Shown here piece after piece: positions 37,958 through 47,918 of a DNA stretch of 64,000 nt (its first letter is position 1; every line of letters begins with the position of its first letter). The stretch is from an uncultured Chlorobiaceae bacterium (GTDB taxonomy: Bacteria; Bacteroidota; Ignavibacteria; UBA10030; SZUA-254): NCBI GenBank assembly GCA_964484465.1, contig CAZAFL010000003.1:11731-75730 (forward strand). The letters are read 5' to 3'. Made by a program: the position numbers and the translations under genes. The notes under the pieces were generated by a model that saw nothing but the letters and a program-made list of their open reading frames with translations, was not told the origin of the DNA and did not search any database.

Positions 37958-38382
37958 AACGGATTAATGCCCGGCAAAAAATCCTCGTCGGCGTTGTTGT
38001 TCTGCTAGTGCTGTGGATTTGCGGAAACTGTAAAGACGAAATTACAGGCGGGACAATTGTTTTTCCGGACTCAGGAGTAAGTTACGGGAAGCAGGTCGAG
38101 CCATTATTCCTAGAAAATTGTGCGTTTTCCGGTTGTCACGGAGAAGATACATATTCAGAACGGGGATACAGCCTTGAAGCCTACCAGCATGCGACTGCAA
38201 GAGCGGGAATTATTGTTCCTTGCATACCGAATCAACCCTGTGATCCTGAAAACAGTATTTTGGTGAGGAGAATTGAAGGGCTGGATGGACTTCCGCAGAT
38301 GCCGATTTCAAGACCCGCGCTTAACTCGAATCAAATCAACGGTATTAAGACGTGGATCCGTGAAGGAGCGCAAAATAATTAA
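37921..38382 (+). CDS. Small lipoprotein with a PSCyt1-like (planctomycete cytochrome c-like) domain carrying CX4CH instead of CXXCH
   Basis: Signal/lipobox-like VLLVLWICGNC. Domain VEPLFLENCAFSGCHGED...SILVRRIEGLDGLPQMP...INGIKTWIREGAQ matches my recollection of the PSCyt1 consensus (..C..CH.....S.L......MP.....L......WI..GA). Start at Met50 of the ORF-track protein; 37-nt overlap with the previous gene. Confidence 0.5.
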   Translation: MYKTIARLQHSLKRINARQKILVGVVVLLVLWICGNCKDEITGGTIVFPDSGVSYGKQVEPLFLENCAFSGCHGEDTYSERGYSLEAYQHATARAGIIVPCIPNQPCDPENSILVRRIEGLDGLPQMPISRPALNSNQINGIKTWIREGAQNN

Positions 38383-39683
38383 GATGCAGTCGTTACAAGA
38401 TGAGGCGGCGATACAATTTTCGGTGAACGGAGGGTCTTACCGGCTCTTCTCTCAAACTCATCACGAAATTTCCTGATAACACTTTGCACGGGCCAAGCTG
38501 CGGCATCTCCGAGTGCGCAAATGGTATTCCCTTCAATGTTGTTCGCGACATTTAGCAGCAGGTCGACATCTTCCAGAGATCCTTCTCCGTCGACAAAACG
38601 TTGAAGGATTTTCTCCATCCAACCGCACCCTTCACGGCAGGGTGTACATTGTCCGCACGATTCGTGGTGGTAAAAATGTGTTATACGAGTGAGAACTTTC
38701 AGAACATCCGTGTCCTCATCCATGACAATTACGCCACCGGTACCGATGGATGTACCCGCGGCTTTTAAGGAATCTGCATCCATTCTGACGCCTTCGATTT
38801 CTTTACCCCTCAGCCACATCGTCGAAGAGCCGCCCGGGATAACCGCTTTGATTTTTTTGTTCCCGCGAACACCCCCCGCGTATTTATAAATGATATCTGA
38901 CAATAGAACACCGGTTGGAAGTTCATACACGCCGGGCTTATTTACATGTCCGCTGATTCCAAAGAGAAGTGTTCCCGGTTGTTTTGGCGCTCCGATCTTT
39001 GAGTACCATTCCCATCCTTTATGAACAATTACCGGGACGTTTGCCAGAGTTTCGATATTATTAATTGTGGTGGGACATCCCCACAATCCAAACTGTGCAG
39101 GAAAAGGGGGCTTCACACGTGGATATCCGCGATCCCCTTCGAGCGAATTCATGAGTGCGGATTCTTCACCACAGATGTACGCACCCGCCCCTTTGTAAAT
39201 CACGATGTCAGTATTAAATTGTGTGCCTAAAACATTTTCCCCGATATACTGCTTTGCATACGCATCATCTACTGCTTTTTGCAACATCCTGATCCAGGGT
39301 GCATATTCACCACGTACATAGGTGTACACGGTTTTTATCCCCATTGCGTACGCAGCTATTAGGGCACCTTCAACGAAAAGATGCGGATTGAACTCAAAAA
39401 TCTGTCTATCCTTAAACGTTCCGGGTTCGCTCTCATCACCGTTGGCGCAAAGATACTTCGGTTTAACACCTTGCTTGGGCATGAACGTCCATTTTAAGCC
39501 AGTTGGAAAACAGGCTCCTCCACGCCCACGAAGGTTCGATTTTTTTATCTCATCAGTCACCGCATCTGGCTTCATTGTCACTGCTTTGCGGAGCGCCTGA
39601 TAACCACCATGTTCTTCGTACACTTCAATCCGGTGAAGGTTGGGTATATCCGGAAGAATCAGTTTTTCGGTAAACTCTGCCAT
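38379..39683 (-). CDS. nuoF: NADH-quinone oxidoreductase subunit F
   Basis: FMN/NADH site GAGAYICGEESALMNSLEG and 4Fe-4S motif ESCGQCTPCREG. Its stop overlaps the stop of the convergent gene (AATTAA). Confidence 0.85.
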   Translation of the reverse strand: MAEFTEKLILPDIPNLHRIEVYEEHGGYQALRKAVTMKPDAVTDEIKKSNLRGRGGACFPTGLKWTFMPKQGVKPKYLCANGDESEPGTFKDRQIFEFNPHLFVEGALIAAYAMGIKTVYTYVRGEYAPWIRMLQKAVDDAYAKQYIGENVLGTQFNTDIVIYKGAGAYICGEESALMNSLEGDRGYPRVKPPFPAQFGLWGCPTTINNIETLANVPVIVHKGWEWYSKIGAPKQPGTLLFGISGHVNKPGVYELPTGVLLSDIIYKYAGGVRGNKKIKAVIPGGSSTMWLRGKEIEGVRMDADSLKAAGTSIGTGGVIVMDEDTDVLKVLTRITHFYHHESCGQCTPCREGCGWMEKILQRFVDGEGSLEDVDLLLNVANNIEGNTICALGDAAAWPVQSVIRKFRDEFERRAGKTLRSPKIVSPPHLVTTAS

Positions 39684-39684
39684 C

Positions 39685-40149
39685 TTACTTCAACTCCATG
39701 AGAAGTTTTTCCACTTTCTCTTCTGAGAGATTCTCGTAATATGATTCATTCACCTGCATCATCGGCGCCGTACCGCAAGAACCGAGGCATTCGACTTCCG
39801 ATAGAGTAAATTTCCTGTCCGTAGTCGTTTCCCCGACCTTGATATGGAGGCGGTTGCAAATATGGTCGACAATTTTCTCTGCCCCAAGCAACTGACAGGA
39901 AACATTCGTACACACCTGAAGATGGTTGTTTCCGACAGGCTTGGTGTTGAACATCGTATAGAACGTAACAACGCCCAAAATATGGCTCAACGGGAGGTTC
40001 AGCAGGCCGGCAACGTATTTCATCGTGTCAGGGGAAATCCAGCCGAACTGTTCCTGTGCAATCCATAAAACTGGCAGTGTGAGTGATTTACCGGTTGGAT
40101 ATTGTTTCCTAAGCTTTTCAACTTTCTCAACGTTTTCTATTGTGAACAT
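39685..40149 (-). CDS. nuoE: NADH-quinone oxidoreductase subunit E
   Basis: 2Fe-2S thioredoxin-like ferredoxin motifs (..VCTNVSCQLLG.., ECLGSCGTAPMMQVN). Confidence 0.85.
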   Translation of the reverse strand: MFTIENVEKVEKLRKQYPTGKSLTLPVLWIAQEQFGWISPDTMKYVAGLLNLPLSHILGVVTFYTMFNTKPVGNNHLQVCTNVSCQLLGAEKIVDHICNRLHIKVGETTTDRKFTLSEVECLGSCGTAPMMQVNESYYENLSEEKVEKLLMELK

Positions 40150-40222
40150 GGAGTTGGTTCTACTGTGGATACATTATTGCCCTGATAATTTTCATCTTTG
40201 ATTTATGCAGAAACACGGAAGA

Positions 40223-41473
40223 TTATTTATCGGCTTCTCCCATCACTGGGTCAACGCTCCCGATGACTGCCACAACATCGGAAATCATCCCACCTTTCAG
40301 CATCGGGGGCAGCGCCTGCAGGTTGACAAAGGATGGGGAACGAATCTTTAATCTCCAGGGATAACCTTCCCCGTGACTCGCAATGTAGAAGCCCAATTCT
40401 CCTTTCGAGCCCTCGATTGCATGGTACACTTCACCGATAGGGGGGTTGATGCCAAAATTCACTATCATAAAATCGTGAATTAATTCTTCCATTTTGGCGT
40501 ACGTGCGCTCCTTTCGGGGCAATACGCGTTTGGCGTCGTTCGCGTGAATTGGTCCTTCCGGAATTTTTTCCAACGCCTGACGAAGAATTTTTACACTTTC
40601 CCGCATCTCTCTCATTCGCACGTAAAACCTGGCAAGAGTGTCACCATCGGTATAGACGGGGATCTCAAAATCGAATTCATTGTACACGAGATACGGTTCA
40701 TCACGTCGCAGATCGTGCATAACACCACTCGCACGAAGACATGGCCCGGTAAGACCCATATCGACTGCATCCTGTTTTGAGATATACCCGACGCCTTCAC
40801 AACGCTCCAGGAAGATACGGTTCTTCACGAGAAGTTTATTACACTCCTCCAACTTCTCGCCAAACTGGTCGAGGAAATTCCTCGTCAGCATGACAGCTTC
40901 ATTCGTCATATCCTGAGCAAGACCCCCTACACGAGTGAAGCTTGTCGTGAAGCGAACACCGGTCAGGACGTCCCATATATCCTGGATCTTCTCGCGCTCA
41001 CGAAACCCCCATAAGAGAACAGTAACAGCGCCGACATCCATCGCCTGAGTGCCGAGCCATACTAGGTGTGAAGCAAGCCGTGCGAGCTCAGCACAGATGA
41101 CTCTTATGATTTGCGCACGCCGGGGGACTTCAATGCCAGCTAATTTTTCAACTGCGAGAACATAGGCAACGTTATTGGCGAGAGGTGAAAGGTAATCAAG
41201 CCGGTCTGTGTGTGGGATGAACTCATGGTACGTGCAATTTTCTGCAATCTTTTCATATCCCCGATGGAGATAGCCAAGTTCGGGAACTGCCGAGACGATC
41301 GTTTCCCCGTCGAGACGAACGAGCAGACGCAGCACTCCATGCGTTGCAGGATGTTGAGGCCCCATATTGAGGACCATCTCATTTTCGAGAGGGTCGTCAA
41401 ACATGACGGTTGTATCCTGGTTCTCAAGCGCCTGAAGGATTTTTTCCCGGGAGACGGGAAGAGAAAGGGTCAT
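40223..41473 (-). CDS. nuoD: NADH-quinone oxidoreductase subunit D
   Basis: 49-kDa subunit signature LNMGPQHPATHGVLRL. Confidence 0.85.
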   Translation of the reverse strand: MTLSLPVSREKILQALENQDTTVMFDDPLENEMVLNMGPQHPATHGVLRLLVRLDGETIVSAVPELGYLHRGYEKIAENCTYHEFIPHTDRLDYLSPLANNVAYVLAVEKLAGIEVPRRAQIIRVICAELARLASHLVWLGTQAMDVGAVTVLLWGFREREKIQDIWDVLTGVRFTTSFTRVGGLAQDMTNEAVMLTRNFLDQFGEKLEECNKLLVKNRIFLERCEGVGYISKQDAVDMGLTGPCLRASGVMHDLRRDEPYLVYNEFDFEIPVYTDGDTLARFYVRMREMRESVKILRQALEKIPEGPIHANDAKRVLPRKERTYAKMEELIHDFMIVNFGINPPIGEVYHAIEGSKGELGFYIASHGEGYPWRLKIRSPSFVNLQALPPMLKGGMISDVVAVIGSVDPVMGEADK

Positions 41474-41483
41474 ATAACTTGTA

Positions 41484-41969
41484 TCATTTTCGCGGAAGAG
41501 AAAGCGAACCGGGAATTCCCATTAACGGAAAATCTTTTCGCAGTGGATAATATTCGAATTCCTCAGGAATATACATTCGCCGGAGATGTGGATAACCGTC
41601 AAAAATTATACCTAACAGATCGTATGGTTCCCGTTCATGCCAATCTGCAGTTCGCCAAACAGAAGTCACGGAAGGAACATGAAGGTCGGATTCACCCGTC
41701 CGGACTTTAATCCGAAGCCGGAAATTACTCTGCAGGGAATAAAGATTATAAATGACTTCGAATCGATCGTCCGTTCGATAGTAGTCCGCGCCGCATATAT
41801 CCCTCAGGGAATCGAACCGAAGGTCGCTGTCGTCGCGAAGGAACTCACATACCCGGACAATATCCCTTTTCCTGACGACAACAGTCAGTTCCCCCCGAAA
41901 TTCGTTTATGGTCTCGATTGAATCACGGAAATTGTCCAGAAGTTTTTGTGTAACTTTTTCTTTCATCAA
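41484..41969 (-). CDS. nuoC: NADH-quinone oxidoreductase subunit C
   Basis: 30-kDa subunit fold (..[11 protein letters not shown]..), 161 aa. Confidence 0.8.
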   Translation of the reverse strand: MMKEKVTQKLLDNFRDSIETINEFRGELTVVVRKRDIVRVCEFLRDDSDLRFDSLRDICGADYYRTDDRFEVIYNLYSLQSNFRLRIKVRTGESDLHVPSVTSVWRTADWHEREPYDLLGIIFDGYPHLRRMYIPEEFEYYPLRKDFPLMGIPGSLSLPRK

Positions 41970-42475
41970 AAACGTGCAGATTCTTGAATATAAACCTTTT
42001 CGCTTTGCCCCGGTTTTTCGCCGCGTGCAATTTTATTCTGAACCTCCATCAAACCTTTGAGTAGGTTGTCCGGCCGTGGAGGGCAGCCTGCCACGTACAC
42101 GTCGACAGGAAGAAACAAATCAATTCCCTGAACAACGGCATAGGAACGGTACATACCTCCGCTTGAAGTACACGCGCCCATTGCGATGACCCATTTAGGG
42201 TCAGGCATCTGATCATATATCTTGCGGACAACATGAGACATTTTATAGGTCACTGTGCCCGCGACAATCATGAGGTCGCTTTGTCGGGGCGAAAACCGAA
42301 ACGCTTCCGAACCGAATCGTGATACATCGTACCGGGGTCCCGCAAACGCCATCATCTCGATTGCACAACATGAGATGCCCATCGGCATAGGCCAGAGGGA
42401 ATTTTTCCTCGCCCAGCCGATGATATTATCCAATCTGGTGGTAAAAAAACTTTCCTTCGTAAATTCTAATCCCAT
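41966..42475 (-). CDS. nuoB: NADH-quinone oxidoreductase subunit B
   Basis: PSST subunit motifs [20 protein letters not shown] and CPPRP (cluster N2 ligands). Confidence 0.85.
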   Translation of the reverse strand: MGLEFTKESFFTTRLDNIIGWARKNSLWPMPMGISCCAIEMMAFAGPRYDVSRFGSEAFRFSPRQSDLMIVAGTVTYKMSHVVRKIYDQMPDPKWVIAMGACTSSGGMYRSYAVVQGIDLFLPVDVYVAGCPPRPDNLLKGLMEVQNKIARGEKPGQSEKVYIQESARF

Positions 42476-42822
42476 TTCAACGCCCCTTTTCTCCAGACAT
42501 AAACAAATCCTAACATTACCACTGCGATAAAAACTCCCATTTCGACAAGACCGAACATTCCAAGACTACGAAAATTTACCGCCCAGGGGTAGAGAAACAC
42601 AACCTCAATGTCGAAGAGGATGAACAACATGGCAACCATATAATATTTTACGGAGACCCGTTCATGAGCGCTGCGCAACGGTTTCATTCCGCTTTCATAG
42701 GTAGAAAGTTTTTGATCGGTTGGATTTTTCGGACCAAACCATTCACTAGCCTTCGACATCACAACACCGAACCCGATGCCGAATATGATCATGATTCCGA
42801 TCGGAATATAATGTTCAACCAT
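42466..42822 (-). CDS. nuoA: NADH-quinone oxidoreductase subunit A
   Basis: Three-TM ND3-like protein (..YESGMKPL...[23 protein letters not shown]). Start trimmed to MVEHYIPIG (118 aa). Confidence 0.75.
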   Translation of the reverse strand: MVEHYIPIGIMIIFGIGFGVVMSKASEWFGPKNPTDQKLSTYESGMKPLRSAHERVSVKYYMVAMLFILFDIEVVFLYPWAVNFRSLGMFGLVEMGVFIAVVMLGFVYVWRKGALKWD

Positions 42823-42957
42823 TGTAGAAAACAAATAAAATTCTAAAAAAATGTAGCTAAAAAGAGGAATAAATGCAAACCTTAGGACGCCTTCCCTTAA
42901 AACAGAGAGCCGACCCGATTGGGCCGGCTCCATGAAATTGACGTAGAATGTAATATA

Positions 42958-45816
42958 CTATTTCAGAAGCATCATTTTCCTTACGCTTGTAAATTTTTGA
43001 CCTCCGATGCCGTTCTCATTTGGAATACCATGCGCTTCAAGCCTATAAAAATAAATTCCCGAAGCAACATTACCCCCGTTAAATTCGATTTCCTGGATTC
43101 CTTCATCCATCGATTCATTGTTTACCAGCGTCGCTACTTCCTGACCGAGAAGAGAATAAATTTTCAATGTAACAGTAGCAGGCTCAGGCAGCTGAAATCG
43201 TATCATTGTCGACGGGTTAAACGGATTCGGGTAATTCTGCCGCAACGCATATCCTGACGGCATTGTCCATTGATTTTTTGTCGACGGAATAAATGTCGCG
43301 GACAAAATTCCGGGAGTGAAATGAAGGTACGGCACGTCCGCTAATCGTTTTATCCCTGTTAAATTTGTCTTTGCAGCAAAACTGTTTGTATCGACAGTGT
43401 ATGGACTATCTGCAAACGCGCAATTGATCTTTCGTACGACGTCGTACATGTCCTCCGGTGTGAGCGTATCCCCTTTTGTCGTGTCGATAAAGCACGCAAG
43501 GACCCGGTCGGCTTTCACCACAATCGAGTCGACAAGCTGGCCGTTTAGTAACCCGCCGGGGTCGCTTTGGTCATCGTACGTTAACTGACCAAGCCCGGAA
43601 GGAAACTTCCCGGTGACGCTGGCGGCAACATTAAGCTTTAACGTGAGCACTTCCGCGAATAGCTTGTTGTTGTGTTTATCCGGCGGCAAACTCTTCGGCT
43701 GTTTGGTAATCGGCTTTGATGAATTCGGCGACCCGTTTGTATCAAAAAAATTAAGACATCTTGCGGGCATATTATGAAGGACGTCGCCATTCTTTGTTCT
43801 CTTGATAAGAGATTTCTGCACATCTTTGTACTCCTGATGCCGGACCGAATTAGGATTGTCTCCCCCCTTAAGCGTGCCGACAACCAGCGGGTTCGATGGA
43901 CTGTAATAGGAAATCTGTTGCCCAAATCCCTTCGGGAAAAGCTCTTCTCCAACATTATGAAGATTCGGCATTGGTAAACCGAGAAGGTTCTTTTTCCAGC
44001 CAGGAGAATTTTTCTTATATTTGACGGTTGTCGCACGGCCGGCAGTTTCCCAAACCACGCTTACCTCAAAGGGCTTGCCTTTAAAACCACGCCCTTCGAT
44101 CTGGAAACTGTCGTTCGCTGAAACCGCCTCGGTGTAGTGGACTTCCTTTACGCTATCCCACGGAGCATCAGGAATTAGCGTATCATCTTTGGCTTCAGTA
44201 AAGAATAATTTTCCCCTTGATTCGACGTTCAACTTTAAAGTAAATCCATCTGCGTCAGCAGGAGCTACGATGTTTCTCTTAAAATCAACTTTATCCGCTT
44301 TGCGCTTGAGGGATTTAAGATTACCCTTCATGTCCTCAGCAGTTGCCCATTCGAGAGATGTTGCAGTCCGATATTTTTGACTACTCGGAGGAACATTAAC
44401 AAAATCCAGCACAACATGATGATTATTCGATAAGGCAACGCCGACATTATTGCTGTCGGCTTCAACGGGCACACCGTCCGTGAGATATCCGAGATGGAGC
44501 CAGCCATTGCTGTCGGCTTCAACAGCGTAATATGTTCCATTCGGCAGACCCGTCGCCGACACAGAATCACCGTCCCCCGATGCAATCACAGCACCTCCGG
44601 CTGAGCCTTGCCTGATTTCAAGATGCCAATTTTTTAGCGTTCTATCACCAGCCGTTGCCATGGCGCCGTCTTCATCATCGTAGCTACGTACCGTGAGGTG
44701 GTTGTCTGGTGGACCCAGAGTTTCTGCGTACTTTGAAATACTTCCGAACGTGCCAACCGCGTATCCAAAAAGTCCGTTTGATGAATTATTCTCTCTTATT
44801 TTCAAATGGTTAAACCCAACCGATGGATTCGAATGAGTATAATCGGTTTGCCAACTGGTGCCACGGTTAGTGGAGACCTGAACTTCGTTTGTCCCGTTGG
44901 TTTTCCACCAGCGCTCACCACCTGTAGTTGTTCCGGCTAAATGGACGAACTCATCATTCCCCGGAATAATCTCGTGCGAATAGACACTATCCCATATAGC
45001 TCCACCATCGGTCGTGAGATTCACCAGCGAATCTCCTGATAAGCCAGTGTTGGCATCGTTGAATGCAACAGTATAATCATTGACTGATTTTGTCGATGAT
45101 GCTGTCCACGAACCGCCACCATTTGTCGTTCGATAGATGCGTGAGTTATCCGTGCCAAACCATCCGTTTTGTGTACCCGACCATGCCATTGAATTTGGGT
45201 AACCTGCTTCCCCTCCATTCTGAGAAAGTGCGCCGGACGGGGACCATGTACTTCCACCGTCAGATGTTCTTAGCAGGACCCAGCTGCCGGTGACAGGGTC
45301 ACCGACTGCAAATCCATTGTTTGTATCGAACATGAATATGTCATCCATAAATGCTGCCGGGTCGGAGTTATTATAGACCAACGCCCAGCTGATGCCGCCA
45401 TCAGACGTACGATACATGTTTCCAAATACTGGCGCCAGGACAGTGTCCTTGCTTAACGCGCATACACTGAAACAAAAGTCAGGCAATCTTGTGACAGCCA
45501 GCCAGTTTGTTCCACCATCTGTCGTGCGCAACGCGATGCCACTATCTCCGACTGCCCATGCAACCTGGTCATCAACAATCGACACGCTCCAAAGCGTTAA
45601 ATTCGTGCCGCTCGACTGTTCTGTCCACGTGCCGGATGATAGAGTTTTGGAGAGTCCTACAGAACGAGTCCGGCTTTGGACGGCTATACTTGCAGTATGT
45701 GAAACTTCGGCAAAGTGCCTAAACCGGTCTATTTTGGAAATCTTACCGGAGGATAAACAGTTACTAACACCAAAAATCAGCGCAGAAAGAATAATCAGCA
45801 CATTTGCAAGTTTCAT
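42958..45816 (-). CDS. Secreted BNR-repeat T9SS cargo protein (paralog of 624..6077 sharing a ~550-aa C-terminal module)
   Basis: Signal peptide MKLANVLIILSALIFGVS. BNR-like motifs (TTDGGTNWL, TSDGGISWA, TSDGGSTWS, TTNGGGSWT, STNRGTSWQ). Shared blocks PNLHNVGEELFPKGFGQ and PPDKHNNKL..LTLKLNVAAS. C-terminus LRQNYPNPFNPSTMIRF...SGIYFYRLEA. Confidence 0.75.
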   Translation of the reverse strand: MKLANVLIILSALIFGVSNCLSSGKISKIDRFRHFAEVSHTASIAVQSRTRSVGLSKTLSSGTWTEQSSGTNLTLWSVSIVDDQVAWAVGDSGIALRTTDGGTNWLAVTRLPDFCFSVCALSKDTVLAPVFGNMYRTSDGGISWALVYNNSDPAAFMDDIFMFDTNNGFAVGDPVTGSWVLLRTSDGGSTWSPSGALSQNGGEAGYPNSMAWSGTQNGWFGTDNSRIYRTTNGGGSWTASSTKSVNDYTVAFNDANTGLSGDSLVNLTTDGGAIWDSVYSHEIIPGNDEFVHLAGTTTGGERWWKTNGTNEVQVSTNRGTSWQTDYTHSNPSVGFNHLKIRENNSSNGLFGYAVGTFGSISKYAETLGPPDNHLTVRSYDDEDGAMATAGDRTLKNWHLEIRQGSAGGAVIASGDGDSVSATGLPNGTYYAVEADSNGWLHLGYLTDGVPVEADSNNVGVALSNNHHVVLDFVNVPPSSQKYRTATSLEWATAEDMKGNLKSLKRKADKVDFKRNIVAPADADGFTLKLNVESRGKLFFTEAKDDTLIPDAPWDSVKEVHYTEAVSANDSFQIEGRGFKGKPFEVSVVWETAGRATTVKYKKNSPGWKKNLLGLPMPNLHNVGEELFPKGFGQQISYYSPSNPLVVGTLKGGDNPNSVRHQEYKDVQKSLIKRTKNGDVLHNMPARCLNFFDTNGSPNSSKPITKQPKSLPPDKHNNKLFAEVLTLKLNVAASVTGKFPSGLGQLTYDDQSDPGGLLNGQLVDSIVVKADRVLACFIDTTKGDTLTPEDMYDVVRKINCAFADSPYTVDTNSFAAKTNLTGIKRLADVPYLHFTPGILSATFIPSTKNQWTMPSGYALRQNYPNPFNPSTMIRFQLPEPATVTLKIYSLLGQEVATLVNNESMDEGIQEIEFNGGNVASGIYFYRLEAHGIPNENGIGGQKFTSVRKMMLLK

Positions 45817-45951
45817 ACTCGTTATCGTAAGTTGTGACTGTATGATAGAGTATCAGTTTTGCTAATACTCCTTAAGCAGCAAATTCTACTGAAAATATGT
45901 CTCTAGGTCAAGGGAGGTATGATTGCCGTCAATGCATGGGATTGACGTATG

Positions 45952-46776
45952 TCACGGTGAAGGCTGGTGGAGAGCAAGTTTACAGGCACTAAGTATAATC
46001 CCGCATGAAACGGCAACATTTAATGATTCCGCTTTCCCGAATTGGGGAATCGTAACTATTTCATTCGCAATTTCTTTTAGCTCTGGTGATATGCCGTTTG
46101 CTTCGTTTCCAAAGACAAGAGCAAGCTTGCCCAGACGAGGGCGGCTCTTAATAAACTTGCCCTCCCCCACTGCGGTTGCAACGACATTAAATCCATGATG
46201 TTTTTCTTTTCTGAAGACATCAGCTAAATCAACTTCAGGATAAACTGGCAGGTGAAATAATGCTCCCATCGTAGCACGAACAACCTTCGGATTATAAATA
46301 TCTGCACAGGTTCGATTCAGCAAGACCGCATCCACGCCAAACCAGTCGCATGTGCGAAGGATTGTTCCGACATTCCCGGGGTCGGCAATATTTTCGAGCG
46401 CGACGATAATTGAAGAATGATCAAGGGTTTTCGATACTTTGTTCAATTCGAATTCTTTCATTTCCACAATTGCCAGTATCCCTTGAGGAGTTACGGTTTC
46501 TGAAAGCTTTCGAATATCCTGCTCCGCAATCTCATATATGGTAATTTTCCGCTCTTTGGCTCTATGAATAATGTCTTTGCTCGCTTCCTTTGACAAATAA
46601 TCGCTGCTTACCAGGAGAGCTGCAATAGTCCAGTCAGAATTTAATACCTCAGTTACCAGACGCGTGCCTTCGACAATGAATTTTTGTTCCTCTTTCCGGT
46701 ATTTTTTCTGGAGAAGTTTTCGAAAATCCTTCAGGGTATCCCTGCCGATTCTACTCTTTGCGCTCATAGAGTGCAA
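45952..46776 (-). CDS. TrmH/SpoU-family RNA 2'-O-methyltransferase (RlmB-like)
   Basis: SpoU methylase motifs LENIADPGNVGTILRTCDWFGVDAVLL and GNEANGIS...ESLNVAVSCGIIL, plus an N-terminal substrate-binding domain. Confidence 0.7.
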   Translation of the reverse strand: MHSMSAKSRIGRDTLKDFRKLLQKKYRKEEQKFIVEGTRLVTEVLNSDWTIAALLVSSDYLSKEASKDIIHRAKERKITIYEIAEQDIRKLSETVTPQGILAIVEMKEFELNKVSKTLDHSSIIVALENIADPGNVGTILRTCDWFGVDAVLLNRTCADIYNPKVVRATMGALFHLPVYPEVDLADVFRKEKHHGFNVVATAVGEGKFIKSRPRLGKLALVFGNEANGISPELKEIANEIVTIPQFGKAESLNVAVSCGIILSACKLALHQPSP

Positions 46777-46874
46777 ATATAGATAATAAGAGCAACAGTT
46801 CCAAAGACCTTATTAGAGGTTTACTTGATTCTCAGAGCACTTCTCCATATATTGCAACGCTAAATACATTTTTT

Positions 46875-47918
46875 TTGAATCCGGAGCATGCATTCGTGAT
46901 ACATATTTCTGAACAACGCTTGGATGAATTATTCAATCGATTTTCAGGCAAGCAGGTTGCTGTGATCGGTGACCTGATGATTGACCGATATATCTGGGGC
47001 CATGTCAACAGGATATCCCCCGAGGCACCTGTACCCATAGTAGACCTGGAGACAGAACAGGCAAGGCTTGGCGGCGCTGCAAATGTTGCTATGAACATCA
47101 AATCACTTGGAGGCGAACCATTCCTGATGGGTGTAATAGGCGCGGACAATAGCGGTAAGCAGTTGCTGGAACTTGTCCGTGAGAGCAATTTCAAGCTTAA
47201 CGGCATCATTACCGATCCTTCCCGCCCTACAACAGTAAAAACACGTGTGATTGCTCATAGTCAGCATGTAGTCCGGATCGACAGGGAATCAAAATCGGAT
47301 ATTTCCTATTCCATTCAGGATGAAATTGTTGATGTTCTTCGCCATAACATCGATTCTATCGATGCGATTATACTTGAAGATTACAACAAAGGGGTCATTG
47401 TTGCGAGCCTTATTAAACAAGTTATTGAGCTCGCGAACCGACACAACAAAGTCGTAACGGTTGACCCAAAATTCCACAACTTTTTCGATTATAAGAATGT
47501 TACAGTATTTAAGCCTAACAGAAAAGAAGTCGAGGAAATTCTGGGAATGCGAATCAAAAATGAAGAAGATGCGGCACAGGCCGGTAAAACTTTACTCAAT
47601 AAACTGAGCGCAAAATGTATTCTTCTTACCCTTGGCGAACAGGGGATGACATTGTTTGAAGAAAATGGCACGATCACACATGCTGAGACAAAAGCACGTA
47701 ATGTGATCGATGTCTCAGGGGCAGGTGACACTGTTATTTCGACATTAACCATTGCTCTTGCCGGGGGCGCATCAACAAAAGAAGCGGCTACATTATCAAA
47801 TTTTGCCGGAGGGATTGTGTGTGGCTCAGTCGGCATTGTTCCGATCGACCGAGAGCAACTGAGAAAAGCCGTGCTTTCCGAGATAAACCATCGCCCTCGC
47901 TCAACCGGAGAGCGTTAA
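46875..47918 (+). CDS. hldA: D-glycero-beta-D-manno-heptose-7-phosphate kinase (RfaE domain I, PfkB-type)
   Basis: VAVIGDLMIDRYIWG..ISPEAPVPIV (ribokinase-like heptose kinase). Its stop overlaps the next start (TAATG). Confidence 0.7.
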   Translation: MNPEHAFVIHISEQRLDELFNRFSGKQVAVIGDLMIDRYIWGHVNRISPEAPVPIVDLETEQARLGGAANVAMNIKSLGGEPFLMGVIGADNSGKQLLELVRESNFKLNGIITDPSRPTTVKTRVIAHSQHVVRIDRESKSDISYSIQDEIVDVLRHNIDSIDAIILEDYNKGVIVASLIKQVIELANRHNKVVTVDPKFHNFFDYKNVTVFKPNRKEVEEILGMRIKNEEDAAQAGKTLLNKLSAKCILLTLGEQGMTLFEENGTITHAETKARNVIDVSGAGDTVISTLTIALAGGASTKEAATLSNFAGGIVCGSVGIVPIDREQLRKAVLSEINHRPRSTGER

